From assembly GCA_051942205.1 (NCBI GenBank), contig JAVECO010000004.1, forward strand, positions 124,001 to 188,000: a stretch of 64,000 nucleotides of DNA, in the 5' to 3' direction. The DNA comes from Coniocarpon cinnabarinum (taxonomy: Eukaryota). The translations under genes and the position numbers were made by a program. The notes under the pieces were generated by a model. That model ran no database searches, was not told where the DNA came from, and saw only the letters and a list, made by a program, of their open reading frames with translations. Of this stretch, positions 11,326 to 24,867 are shown one piece after another. How positions within the stretch are numbered: position 1 is the stretch's first letter; every line of letters starts with the position of its first letter.

Positions 11326-12513
11326 CTAGGCACTGCCGAACACCTTCAAGAAGCCCATGAGGCCGATCCCACATAATATCGGTATCGTCACATTGTCGTC
11401 AAGTCCACCCACATCAATGGCCTCAGCCACGCTGGCCACCAGTCCAGCGACCACACTCATAACTCCCACCGCAACACCGCCGCCTATTTCCGTCTCTTGC
11501 TGTGTCCAACCTAACATCCCACTGATCCTCTGCGGTAAGCTCAACACGCCCTGAAATGCAAATGCATTGGCTCCTTCGCTTTCGACGCCTTTGCTCTCGC
11601 ACCAGGGTGCCCACAATCCCCAGAATAAAGCCGCTGACGTGACACCGACCGTGAATGCAGCGAGGCTGCCAGCTAAACTCTTTCCCTTTCTGACGCGCGG
11701 CGTATATCTTCCTAGCCACCGGCCCACTGTGCTGGCCGCGGTGTCGCACCAGCTCAGCAAGATGATGCTCATGACGCCCACATCCTTGGGGAAGAATCTT
11801 GTCGCCGCCCATGCACCGAGCAAGTACCAGATGACGCCGTTGTATTTGTCGTGCACCTCCGCTTCGCGCATGAATGCGCCCATAACCCGCACATAGACGC
11901 GATTGAATGGCGGCCAATTCCGACGGAGGATGTCAACACTTGTGATCGGGACAAGCGCATACAGCAACGGTCCATGAATCTGCGACGTCTGCAGTCCTCG
12001 AGCGTAAAGAGCTAACACCACGAACCCAATAGACACATGTAATATCTTGCGCGGAATCTCATGTTTGTGAATGGCCCTCCGCCAGTTCTTGTGTAACGGT
12101 ATCAAACCCAAAGGCGACGGGCTGCGCGAACCAAATGGCGACGCCGAGAAGGGACTCAGATACCCATTCGGCGGCACAGTGCCATTTGGAGTTTTGGGCG
12201 CGCCATTCAGCGCATTGGCCGAGTCTTTGGGCGTGAGTTTGCCAGCGGGGCGGCGGAGGTTGCGATTACTCGCGCGGCGAGGGACACTGCGGGAGCGTGA
12301 GCGCGACCGTCGCACTTCGTCAGGATCAGAATTTTGATCGGAGTCGTTTGAAGGATTCGAAGAAGGAGTCAGAGGTTGCGGCCGGTCGCTGTGCTGGCGT
12401 TTAGAAGCGCTTCGAGTCGTTGGCGGAAAATAGCCTTCTGAAGAGCCCTCGGCGCTCGGGGTTGGTGAGATGACGCAGGGAGTGGCGGGAACAGGAGCGG
12501 GGCGTGTTGTCAT
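11326..12513 (-). CDS. DGK1: CTP-dependent diacylglycerol kinase
   Basis: Motifs KHEIPRKILHVSIGF, YNGVIWYLLG, LLSWCDTAASTVGR, GKSLAGSLAAF and GLDDNVTIP. First ATG at 12513. Confidence 0.92.
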   Translation of the reverse strand: MTTRPAPVPATPCVISPTPSAEGSSEGYFPPTTRSASKRQHSDRPQPLTPSSNPSNDSDQNSDPDEVRRSRSRSRSVPRRASNRNLRRPAGKLTPKDSANALNGAPKTPNGTVPPNGYLSPFSASPFGSRSPSPLGLIPLHKNWRRAIHKHEIPRKILHVSIGFVVLALYARGLQTSQIHGPLLYALVPITSVDILRRNWPPFNRVYVRVMGAFMREAEVHDKYNGVIWYLLGAWAATRFFPKDVGVMSIILLSWCDTAASTVGRWLGRYTPRVRKGKSLAGSLAAFTVGVTSAALFWGLWAPWCESKGVESEGANAFAFQGVLSLPQRISGMLGWTQQETEIGGGVAVGVMSVVAGLVASVAEAIDVGGLDDNVTIPILCGIGLMGFLKVFGSA

Positions 12514-14039
12514 CGTTGAGGACGTGCTGAAGGATGAAGTTGCAGCCGCATTAGGGATTGGAAGGATAAGATCGAGTCTGGGGTATAAGATAAAGTTGGA
12601 AATTTTGTCAGCCTCAGGGCACGCGTCGGGGCGCGCGTGATGACGGAGGAGCACATGACTCGTGACTCAGCCTTGGCATTTGACTTCGTCTCGTCAATGA
12701 CAATTTGTGATTTCCGATGTTTCTGATTAGAGATGTCAGAGCACATTGTGAATATGCACGTGAAGCTCCTGTGAGGAGGACACAACTCTGTACATGCAGA
12801 TTTGTTACTGTTATTGCTTGTTGGAAAATGTGAGCAAGGTGCAAGACCTTCATCTCGAGATCTGTTTCGTAGCACGCTTTGCAGCGGGAATCCGGCATGA
12901 CCCAGAGAAGTGTCACCCTTAAAACTCTCAAGAACGCGCAGCAATGCTGCTGGCGAGGAATAACATGGAATTCGACATTGTAGACTCCCGTTGGATTCGT
13001 GGATTGTCGAATAAGTGCAACCACTACTTTGTGTGACCATACGCGTCTGTGCTGGCTGACAAACGAAGCGTGGCTATGTGCCGTGTGACAACGTGGCCTA
13101 CTGCGTCTCGGAAGCTAAATGCATATGCCGGGCGCCAATGCAGGTTGCTGAGCGTTATGCAGGCTCGCACGTGGCGAAGGGCAAAGCGGTTCAAGATATT
13201 GGCCGCAAGAGTCACAGACAAGCGCCCTTGCCGAGTTCATGCAAGTCATGTCCCATGTGTGACGTGTCGAGTTGCCCAAGGCCTGAGCTGATGAGCCATC
13301 TTAGCAATGGAATAGGCTCTGGAGCCGCCAGCATGATAGCAAAAGTCTTGCGCTATACGAAACAATGAATTGCGTCGACGTAAGTGCTATTGCTGATATT
13401 GACGCGATAGTGTAGGCAATGCATCCCGAAAATGCAGCCTGGCAAAGCGGTGGGCGAAACGGCGAAAATTCCCTCCGCCCGACGCTTTTACCAAGCACCC
13501 AATTAGGGTGTGGCTGGTACTGTTTTCCGTCATCCTTGCCGAGAGTCGCTTCAGGTCGCTCAGCGTCTTGCGGTCTGGCCGTAGTCATCCTGTCCAGTGG
13601 TTTGACAAGAAGCCGTGGCCCTTTTTATTGGACCAAAAGCCCTCTGGTTACCGTCGTTTACATTTAGCTAAGTCAGGCCAATAGCTGCAAAACAGGGATA
13701 ATTGATACGATCTCTAAGCACTCGCCGGGATGGCGAAATACCCGTTTATCATGACCAATAGAATGCTCTGCTACCAGCGACATGCTTTCGTACGACCACA
13801 CCTCGCTTCGTCAACTAACATTACCTGACCGACGATGCGTGAGCGCGGCGTATTGACATTGTTTGACAACCTTTGGTCGCTTGGATGCCTTCCTGCAAGC
13901 AAGACCATAAGTTCGCAAAGGCTGGCCCATGTCTTGTTGTTTCTTTTCTTCTTCCCTACCAAGCTTTGACACCCATTTCGCAACTCACATCTGCCATTTG
14001 CCGTTCGTGGCAGAGGTCGTGCTTGATTTTGCCTGCAAG

Positions 14040-14807
14040 ATGCCTCCACGTCAAGCGAACTCCACAATCACCAAGAAGGACATCCGCGATAAAGTAAAGC
14101 TTTATCAAAGGGCCTGGCATGGAAGCGTGTTTGGGCAAGAATTTGAGCGGCAGCTTTCCCCGATCGTCGTCAATCGCAATCTAAACTTCTCCAAAACCAT
14201 CTCAATGGGTCTGGGCCGGTTTGAAAGGCCTGGGGGGAGTCGCTCTCTCGTTCGACTGGTGCAAATGATACACATGTCGAAAATCTTCGCAACCGCTCCC
14301 TCCGCGCGAGAGCTTCTCAGCGCTACAGGGTTGCTTGGATATGCACAGGATGAACGCTTTCTGAAGAAGCACAAGGAAATCCTCGGCGAATGTGAATTCC
14401 ACTCGGTCGATCAAGGAGTCGAACAGCGCATCAACGAGTCTTCGATTTTCTACGGCGTCGGCCTCGCTCTCGAGAACTTCCCTTTGCAGACACTAAATGA
14501 AAAGGAACCTCTCATGATCGTGCATGATATTCCGTCAGAGGTAACAGAAGGCGGTGCTCCCAATGGGTTCGATGTGGGGCTGTATAGCGAGCTTGCAGAC
14601 AAATACCACTCAGTCAATCTGGTTCCTTGCATTGATACGCTCCAGAGCTCGAGCTTTCTCGAGCCCTGGGTCTACTCGGATGAACTCCAGGGGTTCGAGT
14701 GGGCAAACAACGTTTCTGATGCTCTGAAAAAAGTCAAGTACTGGTTTCATCGCAGTTGCGGGCTCAAGTACACAGCGAGGGATGCTGACATCGACCTGTA
14801 CTCATGA
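14040..14807 (+). CDS. SRR1-like domain protein (divergent)
   Basis: Pattern ISMGLGRF...SLVRL...YAQDERF...IL...INESSIFY resembles fungal SRR1-domain proteins, by recall only. ATG at 14040. Confidence 0.55.
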   Translation: MPPRQANSTITKKDIRDKVKLYQRAWHGSVFGQEFERQLSPIVVNRNLNFSKTISMGLGRFERPGGSRSLVRLVQMIHMSKIFATAPSARELLSATGLLGYAQDERFLKKHKEILGECEFHSVDQGVEQRINESSIFYGVGLALENFPLQTLNEKEPLMIVHDIPSEVTEGGAPNGFDVGLYSELADKYHSVNLVPCIDTLQSSSFLEPWVYSDELQGFEWANNVSDALKKVKYWFHRSCGLKYTARDADIDLYS

Positions 14808-16014
14808 GCTGCAAACCTCCAAAGTCACTTTCGACCTTCTGACATGACTGTATGGCTAACGATGTTGCTGATATATTTCATAATCCTAATGTGCTTCAAT
14901 TCATGTATGAACTCATCGCTGTTGATTTTCTAGTACGACTCATGCAGCCCAGATATGCTTTGACTTGCTTGATAATCGAGTCTCGAATGCCGTGACTGGC
15001 TAATATGACATAAATCACTGGCGCGTCAATATTACCCCAGAAGTTCGAGCGGGGGTGCTTGTGCAAAGCCGTCTGAAACTTTCGAAATCATTTGTGCTCT
15101 GACTTGCTATATCTGTAGCTTTAGGTGTGACATCTCTTAGTGTCAAGGTCTTATAACAAAGACCTACACCGCGCTACATATTTAAAACTGTATGAATTTT
15201 GAGAATGGGTGCAATGATCGATAAGCCTACATGGTGCACGACCTGGGCTAACAGCTTGCGGGGCGAAAGACGAAGCACTGGCCTGACACGAGCACAGTCA
15301 TCACTTGCTCACGGTTTCGCATTGTGACTGATGTATTTAGCAAAGAAGACATTGACTTATGACATGGCGATAGCTGGGGTTATTTTGCGTTAAAGAAACG
15401 AAGTTTAATCGTTTGCCTTGCTTGTGATTCACGTGCGCTGCAGTGTAGGACGTGCTGATATCTAGAACACGAATGTGGAGAGTTGCACATGTCTAATTCT
15501 ACAAATGCTCGCTCGCGCTCCGGAAGTCATCGTCGCCTTATCGCAACGATGTTCCTAATGATATGCCAAGTGCGAACAAGCACCTTTCGTCTGTCTGATA
15601 TTCACAGCCACAACACCCTCGCGTTTGCTGGGAATTCATACAGCAATGGCCGAAGTTCACACGTCTTTCGCGAGCAAAAGTGAGCTCATCTCACGCAACT
15701 CATCCATGTGACTACGATTTGTGCAAGGAAGCTGCATTTCAAAGCAATTAACAAGAGAAGAGACCAAGTTTATCTTGTGAAGTGTCATTATTCATCATGA
15801 TTCTAATCTGTACAAGCCATCGTGGGCAGTGTGAAAGTCAATCGCAGCGAATCTGACATCTCATGGGCTTTTTCAATTCCTTCCCGAATTCCCATTTCTC
15901 AATTCCGTTTTGCCTTCTCACATTTCCTGATTCCAGTTCGAAGTAGCGTTTGGCTCTTCGCTTTTCCCATCATTAATCGTGTACAGTGTCGTTAATCATT
16001 CATACAGTGATGCT

Positions 16015-16082
16015 GAAAACAGTTGCGAAAAACCAGCAGTTGCGAAAAACCAGAAGCTGCGAAAAAACAGTTGGAAAGAACC
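16015..16082. repeat. Short imperfect tandem repeat (CAGTTGCGAAAAAC-type, about 4 copies) just past the stop of the 16108 gene
   Basis: aaaacagttgcgaaaaaccagcagttgcgaaaaaccagaagctgcgaaaaaacagttggaaagaacc. Confidence 0.7.
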
Positions 16083-16107
16083 TCCCAAACGCCTCCCATG
16101 CATAATC

Positions 16108-19100
16108 TCACAATTCAAGTGCTGGATTCTCCTCCAGATACCTTCGGTATTCTTCAGTAAACAAGCTCTTGTCCTGAACGTGACGGGCAAAATGATCCTC
16201 GTCTTTCTCCCACGGCATAGAGCCTATCGGTGGGACTACGATATGTTCGGATAATTCCGGTAATGGGCGTCCATTGCCCAGCAATGCTGCGAAGCCGAGT
16301 TCGTAATTGCCAGTCTCGATGGCGGCTTGCGATCTCTCTCTGTTGCGTTGTTCACGGGCGAGCATCTCATCCCATGTTTCGCGGCGATCTCTTGGGGCAC
16401 GCTCGGTGTTGGATGGGTCCTGCCAGTTAAAGTTGGCGACCACCTCGGGTTCAGGGTCTACTTCCTCGAAAAAGGCTTCGATTTGTTGAACAGAAGGGCC
16501 GGGATCTTCCTCATGATGGGTTTCAGAATGTGATGTCGTCTGTTGCTGTGTAGGTGGCGCCTCAGGTGGGGTAAAATGGACGTGTCGAACTGGTGTAGGC
16601 TGTGACTGCGCTGCGATAGCTGGGCTGGAATTCATCCGGCTGGCTTCACGAAGACGACTGGGTGTCTTTGGCTTGTACTTCTCCGCCTGATCTCTCGCTC
16701 TTCCAATGGCAGAATTGGGGTCGTTCGGGTTGGTAGCAGGTGTCGAAGGATCAGCAGACTCAAACGCAGGAGTTCCACTCGCTGCATAAGCTTGTGCTGG
16801 CGTATTCTCAACCGCATCATAAGATGCAGGAGCTCCGCCTGCAGAAGCACGCGACGGTGTATCCTCGACCGCATTCGTGTTTGAGTTCGACTTCGACGGG
16901 GTGAACAACGATGATGTAGAACCAGGGGTGGCGACCTGTCCAGATGCAGGAGCTCCGCTCGTCGCAAAAAGTCGCGATGGCGTATTCTCAACCGCAGTGG
17001 TGGTGCGCGGTGCTGGTGTTGGTGTACCAAAGGATGTGGATGTGGCGGGAGCGGTCTGACTGGAAGCAGCGGCGTATTCAGCGTTAGTGGCAGCAACTTC
17101 TTTGGCGAGCTCAGTGGCTTGCACGTGCGCTTTGTTCGCAGCGTGATCATTATCTCTCCTCTTGGCCTCTTCGGCTTGCTGTTGGACGTATTGTTCCTCA
17201 TCGACGTAGGCGAGATAGCCATGGGATTCGTCATCTGGAGATAGAGGATGTTCGCCGTCCTTGACGTATATGCCGTCTTTGCGGCCTTGCAGAACAACCC
17301 GACGGATGTAGGGGTCGTCGTATGAGTAGCCGTTGGTGAAACCGCTCTTGAAACGCATGCGGTTCAGTCCATATGAATAGACATCAAAGGTCTCAACAGT
17401 TTCTTCTTCGTCTTTATCGAGATAGCCGTGGGTGATCCACTGACCCGTGCTGTCGTAATGACCTGGTTGGTTAGTCATGTGGTTGATGCGTTCGGATAAA
17501 CTGAGTGGATTAGGTTCATAATCGTTATCGGTGAAAGATGTGGCATGACGTGGCTCTGTCTGAGCACGGAAGACGGAAGCTGATCTGTGATGTTGTGGCT
17601 GAGGTGTTGAGAATGAGGCTGTTTCTGGCCGAGAAATGGCATGGGCCTGTGGAGTATTCGAGGAGGCATTCAAGTTAGAAGATGGAGGGGTGTCGATGAT
17701 CTTTGGGCGCTTGGCTTCTCGTTCGATGGATTCTGATTCTGTGATCTGAGCTCCGCTCTCTGTTTCATCGGCCATGTCTTCATCTGAGGAAGATTCATAG
17801 TCCGGATGTTCATAGTAAACCATGTAGGTACCAGGTGGCATGACGAGTTCGCGCTTGCGCTTGCTTCCAGCTGACTGCTCACGCTGAGTGCGGTCGGATT
17901 CTTCCTGCGCAGCTTCCTGATGTTGACGACTTTCTTCTCGTGCAGAGTCAGCAGCTTGATGAGCGCGGGCATTCAAGCTTTGGCCTTGCGCTTGCTGTTT
18001 TTGTCGTTCTTCCTCTTGACGTTTTTGTTCACGCATGAGGCGTCTGGTCCTTGTGATGTATCTTCTTGGAGGGCGATATGGAGTAGGAGTTGATGATGAT
18101 GGAGTCGGTGGAGCCATTGCTGCTTCAGGCAAGAGGTGGGGAGATCTCTCGCTTTGATGAGTGACATCAGGTGTGCCTTTTGTTTCCGCGTTCTTGGACG
18201 CTGTTGGAACTTCAGTCATGTCAACGTCTTCCTCCACGCTCAATTGTACGGCCTGCCCGCTGCTTCGCTGGGCGGTGGGTGAAGTGGGGGATAGAGGTCC
18301 ACGGGGTGAATATTGAGCGCAAGCTGCGCTTCGTGAGCTGTCTGCGCGAGCTCCACGGGGCGAGATTTGTAAAGGGAGTCGAGGTGATCTTTGGACTTTA
18401 GTCGAGGCGGCGGTGCGTTTGGCCGGTGCTGTCTGTGGTGCACGTCGGAGTGAGGGCATCAGCTTGCTGACACGGCTGATGTAGCTTGACCAAAGGCCAG
18501 GACGCTGCGGCTGTTCCGATTGGATGGGAGAAGTCGGAGAGGAGGCAGGTGGTGGTCCCGGAATGATGCCATTTGCAGCTGCCAGGGAAGTCGCGGGCTC
18601 CGGCGGCACTTCCACTCTCACCCAGCCCATTTCTGGTGACTCAGACCCGCGCCAGTTCTTCACCCCCCACTTCGTCTCGTATTTCTTGCCTCCGTCGAGC
18701 TTGGCACGAAGGCGCTCGACCTCTTTCAGCATTTGTCGCTGTTCTTCTTCCTCAATTGAGGGGTCGAGCTTTCGGATGGTCTTGTCCATCTCTTTGATTT
18801 TTTCTCGGCTCTCGCCGACTTCCTTCGCCGCCTTTTCCCAGGCAGCCGTCATGTTGCGGAGCTCGGTCCGCAGATCGTCCTGCTTGAAGACGGACGTTGC
18901 GTAGTCCAGCTCAATTTTCTGCAGCAAGTCAGCCAAGGTGATTTCAACGATGAAGATGATGAAATCCTCAAACGCCGCCTCACTGCCGCCATTGCAGGGC
19001 AGCATGAGAATTTGGCGTTGGCTGATGATATCTGCAGCAAATAGCAATGGTGGATTTGGGTGCTTTGTGCCAACAAGATGCGGTTTTGCGGAAGACGGCG

Positions 19101-19502
19101 ACAGTGAGGACGACGTAAGAGGGGAGAGGATTGCTCTGTACATACCTTGTTGAGTCTGGCAATTTCCTGGCGCTGTTCTTCGACAGTCGCCACGAGCTCC
19201 GCAACACGGGCATCTTGCCCCCCGGCAGCTTCTGCGCCGGCCGTTTCCTCCTCCACCGTCTCCAAGACCCGCTCGGGGGCCTCTTCGACGGCGGCGAGGG
19301 CGGATCCGGACGCTGCTGCCGGGGACGACTGCCTGCTGCCTGCCTCCTCCGAGGCCTGTCGTGATTGTGAGCGCGTTACGCGCTTTGTTGCTGCTGCTGC
19401 AGCGGGGGACGGCTTGCGCTTGGATTGGGTCTTCTTGACCCCAGCGGACGCAGCTCTTGTGGCAGGTGGGCCAACGGCCCCGGTCTTCTTTGCTCTTGCC
19501 AT
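16108..19502 (-). CDS. Large low-complexity/coiled-coil hypothetical protein, two exons
   Basis: Exon 1 19502-19146 (MARAKK...LNK), intron 19145-18919 (GTATGT...GCTGAC...CAG), long exon 2 18918-16108. Contains a KPKTPSRLR motif and an NLS-like KRKR. Confidence 0.75.
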
Positions 19503-19718
19503 TGTGCGAAGTGAGCTGTACTGTGGAGGAGGAAGGAGAGGAGGAAGGAAGAAGGCATTGGAAGTAGCAGTGTTGTGTTGTCAGGTGGTCTGTGCTCAAC
19601 CATCGAACCATCTGGGAAGGAACGGTTACCGAATGCGTGCTAGTGCGTTACTGTGACAGCGACGCTCAAATGACCTGGCACAAAGACTCACTTTCATTGC
19701 CGCCAGATCACCTACAGG

Positions 19719-20879
19719 ATGGTCGCAACGCGCCCTCAATTCCCACTGTTTACGATTGACGGCTTAACAAATCTACTCCTTCGTCCATTCACTCATCCAG
19801 TATTCGGAATATTCATATTGCTCACCCTTCTGGCATTCAACCCCAGCACTGGTACCCCGGCCTTTCTCTACGCCGGTGCTCTCTTCATTGTCAACATTAC
19901 ATGTAAAATACTACTCTTTTTCGACGCCCGTTTTGCTAGTGGTGGACGACGCAATCTAGACTGGACGCGAGAGGTCGTCTTGATTACTGGAGGAGCCGGC
20001 GGTTTGGGAAGTGCTCTTGCAGAGTATTATGGTTCGATTCGGCGGTGTTCAACCGTTGTGGTTGATGTTCTACCAGCCACTGAACAGCGGTGTGTCCAAT
20101 GGGAGGCGGTAGGATGCCAGTACTACCAATGCGATGTGGGCAGTTCCGAAGCAGTGAAGAGCCTGCAAGAACGGGTGGAAGAAGATGTAGGTCCTGTGAC
20201 AATTTTGATTTTGGCTGCTGGCATTGTAAACTCTAAAACAGTACTCGAACTGGAGCCCAAAGATGTCATTAGATCTCTGAATGTCAATGTGCTCGGCGCG
20301 ATATGGTGTGTCAAGGCTTTCTTGCCGTACATGCTTGGTCATTCAGCTCCTCCGTATCGTAAAAAGGAGGGGAGTAACGGCGAGGAGCATGACAGAGACA
20401 AGGGCACCAATGAGGCCGTTGATGCTCAGCGCTCCTTCGGCGGCACGATTGTCACTGTTTCAAGTGTTCTCGGCTACCTGGGCGCCGCCGGCCTTGCTGA
20501 TTACACGGCTACGAAAGCATCTCTCAACGCTTTTCACGAGTCGCTCAAAGCTGAACTAGCCCTTTCTGCTGTATCTCACCGAGTCAATCTCGTCCTCGCC
20601 ACCCCGGGGCAGCTCGATACACCCCTCTTTGCTCACGTCCCACCGCCGCCGTTAGCGTCGTTCCTTGGCCCAACGGTCACGCCAGCTTTGCTCGCTGCTG
20701 AAATCATCCGAGCTATTGATGATGGGAGAGATAAAGAGATCAGCTTACCATTATACGCTCAATGGATAGGTATATTAAAAGTTCTGCCGCGCGGCATGGC
20801 GAAGCTACTTAGGAACATGGTTGGCTTGGACGCCGCCAGCTGGGAGGGTACGAAAAACCGAAAGAGACAGGAGCCTTGA
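19719..20879 (+). CDS. Short-chain dehydrogenase/reductase with N-terminal membrane segments (TDA5-like)
   Basis: Rossmann motif VVLITGGAGGLG, GTIVTVSSVLG and catalytic YTATK. Confidence 0.9.
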   Translation: MVATRPQFPLFTIDGLTNLLLRPFTHPVFGIFILLTLLAFNPSTGTPAFLYAGALFIVNITCKILLFFDARFASGGRRNLDWTREVVLITGGAGGLGSALAEYYGSIRRCSTVVVDVLPATEQRCVQWEAVGCQYYQCDVGSSEAVKSLQERVEEDVGPVTILILAAGIVNSKTVLELEPKDVIRSLNVNVLGAIWCVKAFLPYMLGHSAPPYRKKEGSNGEEHDRDKGTNEAVDAQRSFGGTIVTVSSVLGYLGAAGLADYTATKASLNAFHESLKAELALSAVSHRVNLVLATPGQLDTPLFAHVPPPPLASFLGPTVTPALLAAEIIRAIDDGRDKEISLPLYAQWIGILKVLPRGMAKLLRNMVGLDAASWEGTKNRKRQEP

Positions 20880-21169
20880 TTGTTCGTCTCATCCTCTATT
20901 TCCTGTAGAAGAATATCATACCAATTAGGTCGTGCAAGACACTTCGAAGAAGACATTGACTACAAGACAATGAGCACAAGAAGTGAATCTGGACGTTGCA
21001 TTGTTGTCGCCACGTCACCTACACGTGGGATCTGACCTTCTACAGTAGCGCCTTGCTCACAGCTATGATTAGTGATTTAATACTACAAACAAACATTAAG
21101 CCAGACAGTAAAGCTGACATTGGCGGTCCTGAAGCGCCAACGGGAATCCATCCCAGGTTATGCTGATCA

Positions 21170-23941
21170 TTAGAATACGGCGGCCAGTCCGTTTTTGGAA
21201 TGCCTCTTGGAGAAACGCTTGCGGCCTTTGATGCTTTCGTCATCATCCCCACTTTGAACCTGTTTGCGAAGTATGTTATGCCGATGTGGTAGCACAGATG
21301 TACCGAGCGAACTGTCTGAGGGCTGAAGCTGGCCTATGTCAGCTGAAGATGTTGGTGACAGGCCGTCAAAACCAGATGCGCCAGAGTATGCGGAATTCGC
21401 ATTGCTTTGCGACGCTTGTTCCTTGGAAATCTCTACCATGTCCAACCACTCCTGCGTCGATCTCACAGAGCTGCCTGGCTCTCCTGTGTTTGCTTTTGCA
21501 TCTTCGAATGTGAGATGTCGCTCACGCTGCTGGATGTCAGTGTACTAAATTTTTCAGGATTTTATATTGGGACTTACCGTGAGTATGCACCAGACGGTGT
21601 ACCCTTTGGAGTCCTGTTGACTCTTGCTCACGCAATCTGAGTCCCTTAGCTCAATCATCTGCTTTGCTTCCTTCTTGCCACCTCCAGACGGCGCCAAAAT
21701 GAGCCGACCAGCACTGCTGATCATGACAAGCCTTTCCCTCTTTTTTGATGTAGTGGCGCCGAACAGCCTCGAAAACTTGCTTGGGGTTTCTGTAGGAGTG
21801 TCTACAGACGGCGCATTTCTTGATGTCGGAGAATGTGGCGCTGGTGCTGAAGTGACTAGCAGGTTTCCAAGCTTCAAAATACGCTCGTTAGGTTTATTCA
21901 GCACAGGCGACCAGTCTATGTCGAGTTGGCTCGGTGGTGCGAGCTCAGTGATGACACGTGGTTGCGGTCGCGACGACACTGAACTGGATGTCCCTGACAC
22001 AGATGGTTTCGAAGAAGGTTTGTTCGCGCTCTGTGACATGGACTCATTCAAGGCTGCCGCATTTTGACGAGAGGACGTGTGAAGCTGTGCGGCACGTGGC
22101 GGTGCATGAGGGTTGTGCGGTCTTAAGCGCGGCGGCTTCTGTTTCCACAGTCCTTTGCCCCAACTGGTCCCTTCAAAAAAGCGATGCTTTTTAATATCAG
22201 TGATAGGCATTCGATCCGCTGGATCGAGCACAAGGAGCTTTTCAACAAGATCACGTGCAGCGTTAGGGAAACCCTCTGGAAAGGTGTAATGTAGATTGAC
22301 GATTTTTTGGAAAGTCTGATACTCGTTGCCCGCTTTGAAGGGTGGTCGGCCGGCCAGAAGCTGGTAGATTATGCACCCAAAAGCCCACAGATCACTTGCC
22401 TTACATGCATTCTTGTTAGTTAGGAGTTCCGGGCTCACATACTCAGCGGTTCCAACGAACGAGACAGCTCGATCTGTTTCACTGCCATCGAGAGGATCGT
22501 TCGAGACCGAAACCTGACCAAATTGTGACTGCTGCTGCGTTGGTTGTGGAATCTCAAGTATCTTTGCTGTGCCGAAATCGGTAATCTTGACGTGCATCTG
22601 GTCATCAAGCAGAACATTTTCAGGCTTCAAATCTCGATGTATGACACCCCTAGAATGCATGTATTCCACTGAGTCGAGAATCTGTGCACTGTAGAATCTT
22701 GAGCATTCTTCATCAAACGACGTCGTCTTTTTCAAAACTCCCAGTAGCTCTCCGCCTGTCGCAAGATCGAGCACGAAGTACAACTGTCTCTCGTCCTGAA
22801 ATGTGTAATATAATCGTACAATGCCGGGATGATCGGTGAGTCGGTTGAGAGTGTCCTTCTCAATATTGACGTATTTCACCTTTTTCTCCTTGATGATATG
22901 CCGCTTGTCCAGGACTTTAATGGCGTACTCTTTGTTTGTAGACCGATCAGTCGCCGCCATCACTGTGCTGTAGGAACCCTCTCCCAAAGTGCGGCCAAAT
23001 TTGAAATCCTTGACGCCCTTTTTCACGAATTTGGTGACAGGCTTGCCATCCTTGCCCGGTGCCCTTTGCATACCTTGCGCCGCACCCTTTTCCTTCCACT
23101 CCTCGCTGCTGCTGGGTGGTGTATCTTCACCTCCAACTATGCCTACTGGTTGCGTGGCGACTCGGTTCAGCTGATAGCTGTCGCTCTGGGAAGGTGCGGA
23201 AGGCCTTGAGCTTTGACGAGGGGGAAAGTTGGCGTGGTTGTAGGCTGCCGTGTGCGATGAAGAACCATGTCGAGACCCAGTGGATGTGATACGTGCGGAG
23301 TTGGTGCCCTGCATGGCTGCAGCCGCAGCACTTGCTGCGGTCCGAGAACTGCTTCTTCGAACGCCCGCAGGTTCACTCTGTGACGTTTCCCCCCTGACGC
23401 GCTGATAGGATCCTTCGGCATAGTCCGGGTAGGGAGATCGAGGAGAAGACGCCATCATGCCACCGATGCCGCGACCTGGGGCGCGGGCTGGAGGCCGCGG
23501 CGGCTGTGCGTTTGAGGCAGACCCAGGGTATCGAGAGATGGGCGCAGGATGGTCGTGCGGCTGTTGCGGTGAGAAGCCTCGAGAGTTGCGATGGCTCAGC
23601 TTGCGGTAGAAGTAGGCCGGTTCAGAGGGAGAGCGAGGTCTCGGAGAAGTGGTTGGGGAGGAAGGATTGGGCTGGAAGGCGTATGCAGTGGGATTGTAGC
23701 CCAGAGAGGAGGCAACGTCAAGTCCGCCGGCGGGATCAATTGCAGGAGCTGAGAGCTCGTGGGCACGACCGTTTTGAAGAGGTGGAGACTGCGGCTGCGG
23801 AGGCGGCGGCGGCGGAGGAGCAGGATGAAACTGGGCATTCGCTGCAGTAGGTGAGGCAGGCGATCCCGGCCTGACATCATCGTCGGGATTGGCGATGCGC
23901 AGGCCCCCCAGGGACTGCGAAAGACTCAGGTCTTCGTCCAT
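21170..23941 (-). CDS. PKH1: PDK1-family Ser/Thr kinase (Pkh1/2, Ksg1 orthologue)
   Basis: KKGVKDFKFGRTLGEGSYSTV, KRHIIKEKKVKYVNIEK, HRDLKPEN, DFG and SFVGTAEYVSPE, plus a PH-like C-terminus. Intron about 21577-21530. Confidence 0.93.
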
Positions 23942-24867
23942 GCTGCCGCGGCTGGACTCATGGCTGGCCGAGGGTAAGAATGGGCGTCCGCGGAGTGCTG
24001 CGTGAGTCTCTCAACGGCGCGAGGTGCACAGTGGCAGCGTCCGGGAGAGTGAAAGATTATTGCCGAATGCGGTAGTCAGTGGTCGTCGATCCAGAGGACG
24101 AAATTAGGACCATCTGAATCATTGACCATCATCCCTGTTCGACCTCATTCAGCACTTTAGATCCTTTTCTCAATGTTCGCGAGCAGTAGTGTATCGATGC
24201 CAAAGGACTTTATAGGCGTGGAGCATGCGTGCGAGTTATTTGTAGACGGAGTGAAGTGCACAAAAAGTCTCAAGCTGGCAGGGTTCCAAACAACCTGGAC
24301 ACTGCCCTCAGCCTCTGCCTGACTACCTACCTGCCGACGTGGGTGGGTGACGCGGCTGCCTTTGACATTGAATCTATCTAGATACAGTAAGTCGACGGCT
24401 TACTGGGCGAAGCAGCAAGACCACGGGTACGTCACGTTGCCCAATGCTACCCAACGTACGACGACCGCTCGACTTGCTACTACACCATGGAAAGGCTTCT
24501 CCTCGACACAGCCCCATGCCTTATGACAGTCTGAACCTCCATGATTTTTTTAACGTCACGTTACCAATATGTCTATAACCCTCTTTCTCGTCGCGTCCTG
24601 TGAAGACATGAATAGGTAAACAGTTGATAGCCCTGGTTTATGCAACTGCAGCCGACACGGAAGGAGCCAATGCACCAACCTTTTGTTCGTTGACATGACA
24701 GCCGTTACGCAGAGGACTTTCCTGAAATAGGCCTTTACAGCATGTCGTGAGCTTACAATTGTGCATACGAAATAACGATCATTCCTCTGTCTCGTCTTTG
24801 TGGCGTACTGCTTTTGTGTATAGTGGCCAGCGCTGGATAAGCAAATGAGTAGCTGCATCTTGTTGGC

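Noticed and set aside
18919..19611. The 1167-aa ORF as a single exon starting at 19611
   Set aside because: Its N-terminal part is an off-frame read through exon 1 and an intron. ATG 19502 with intron 19145-18919 is more plausible.
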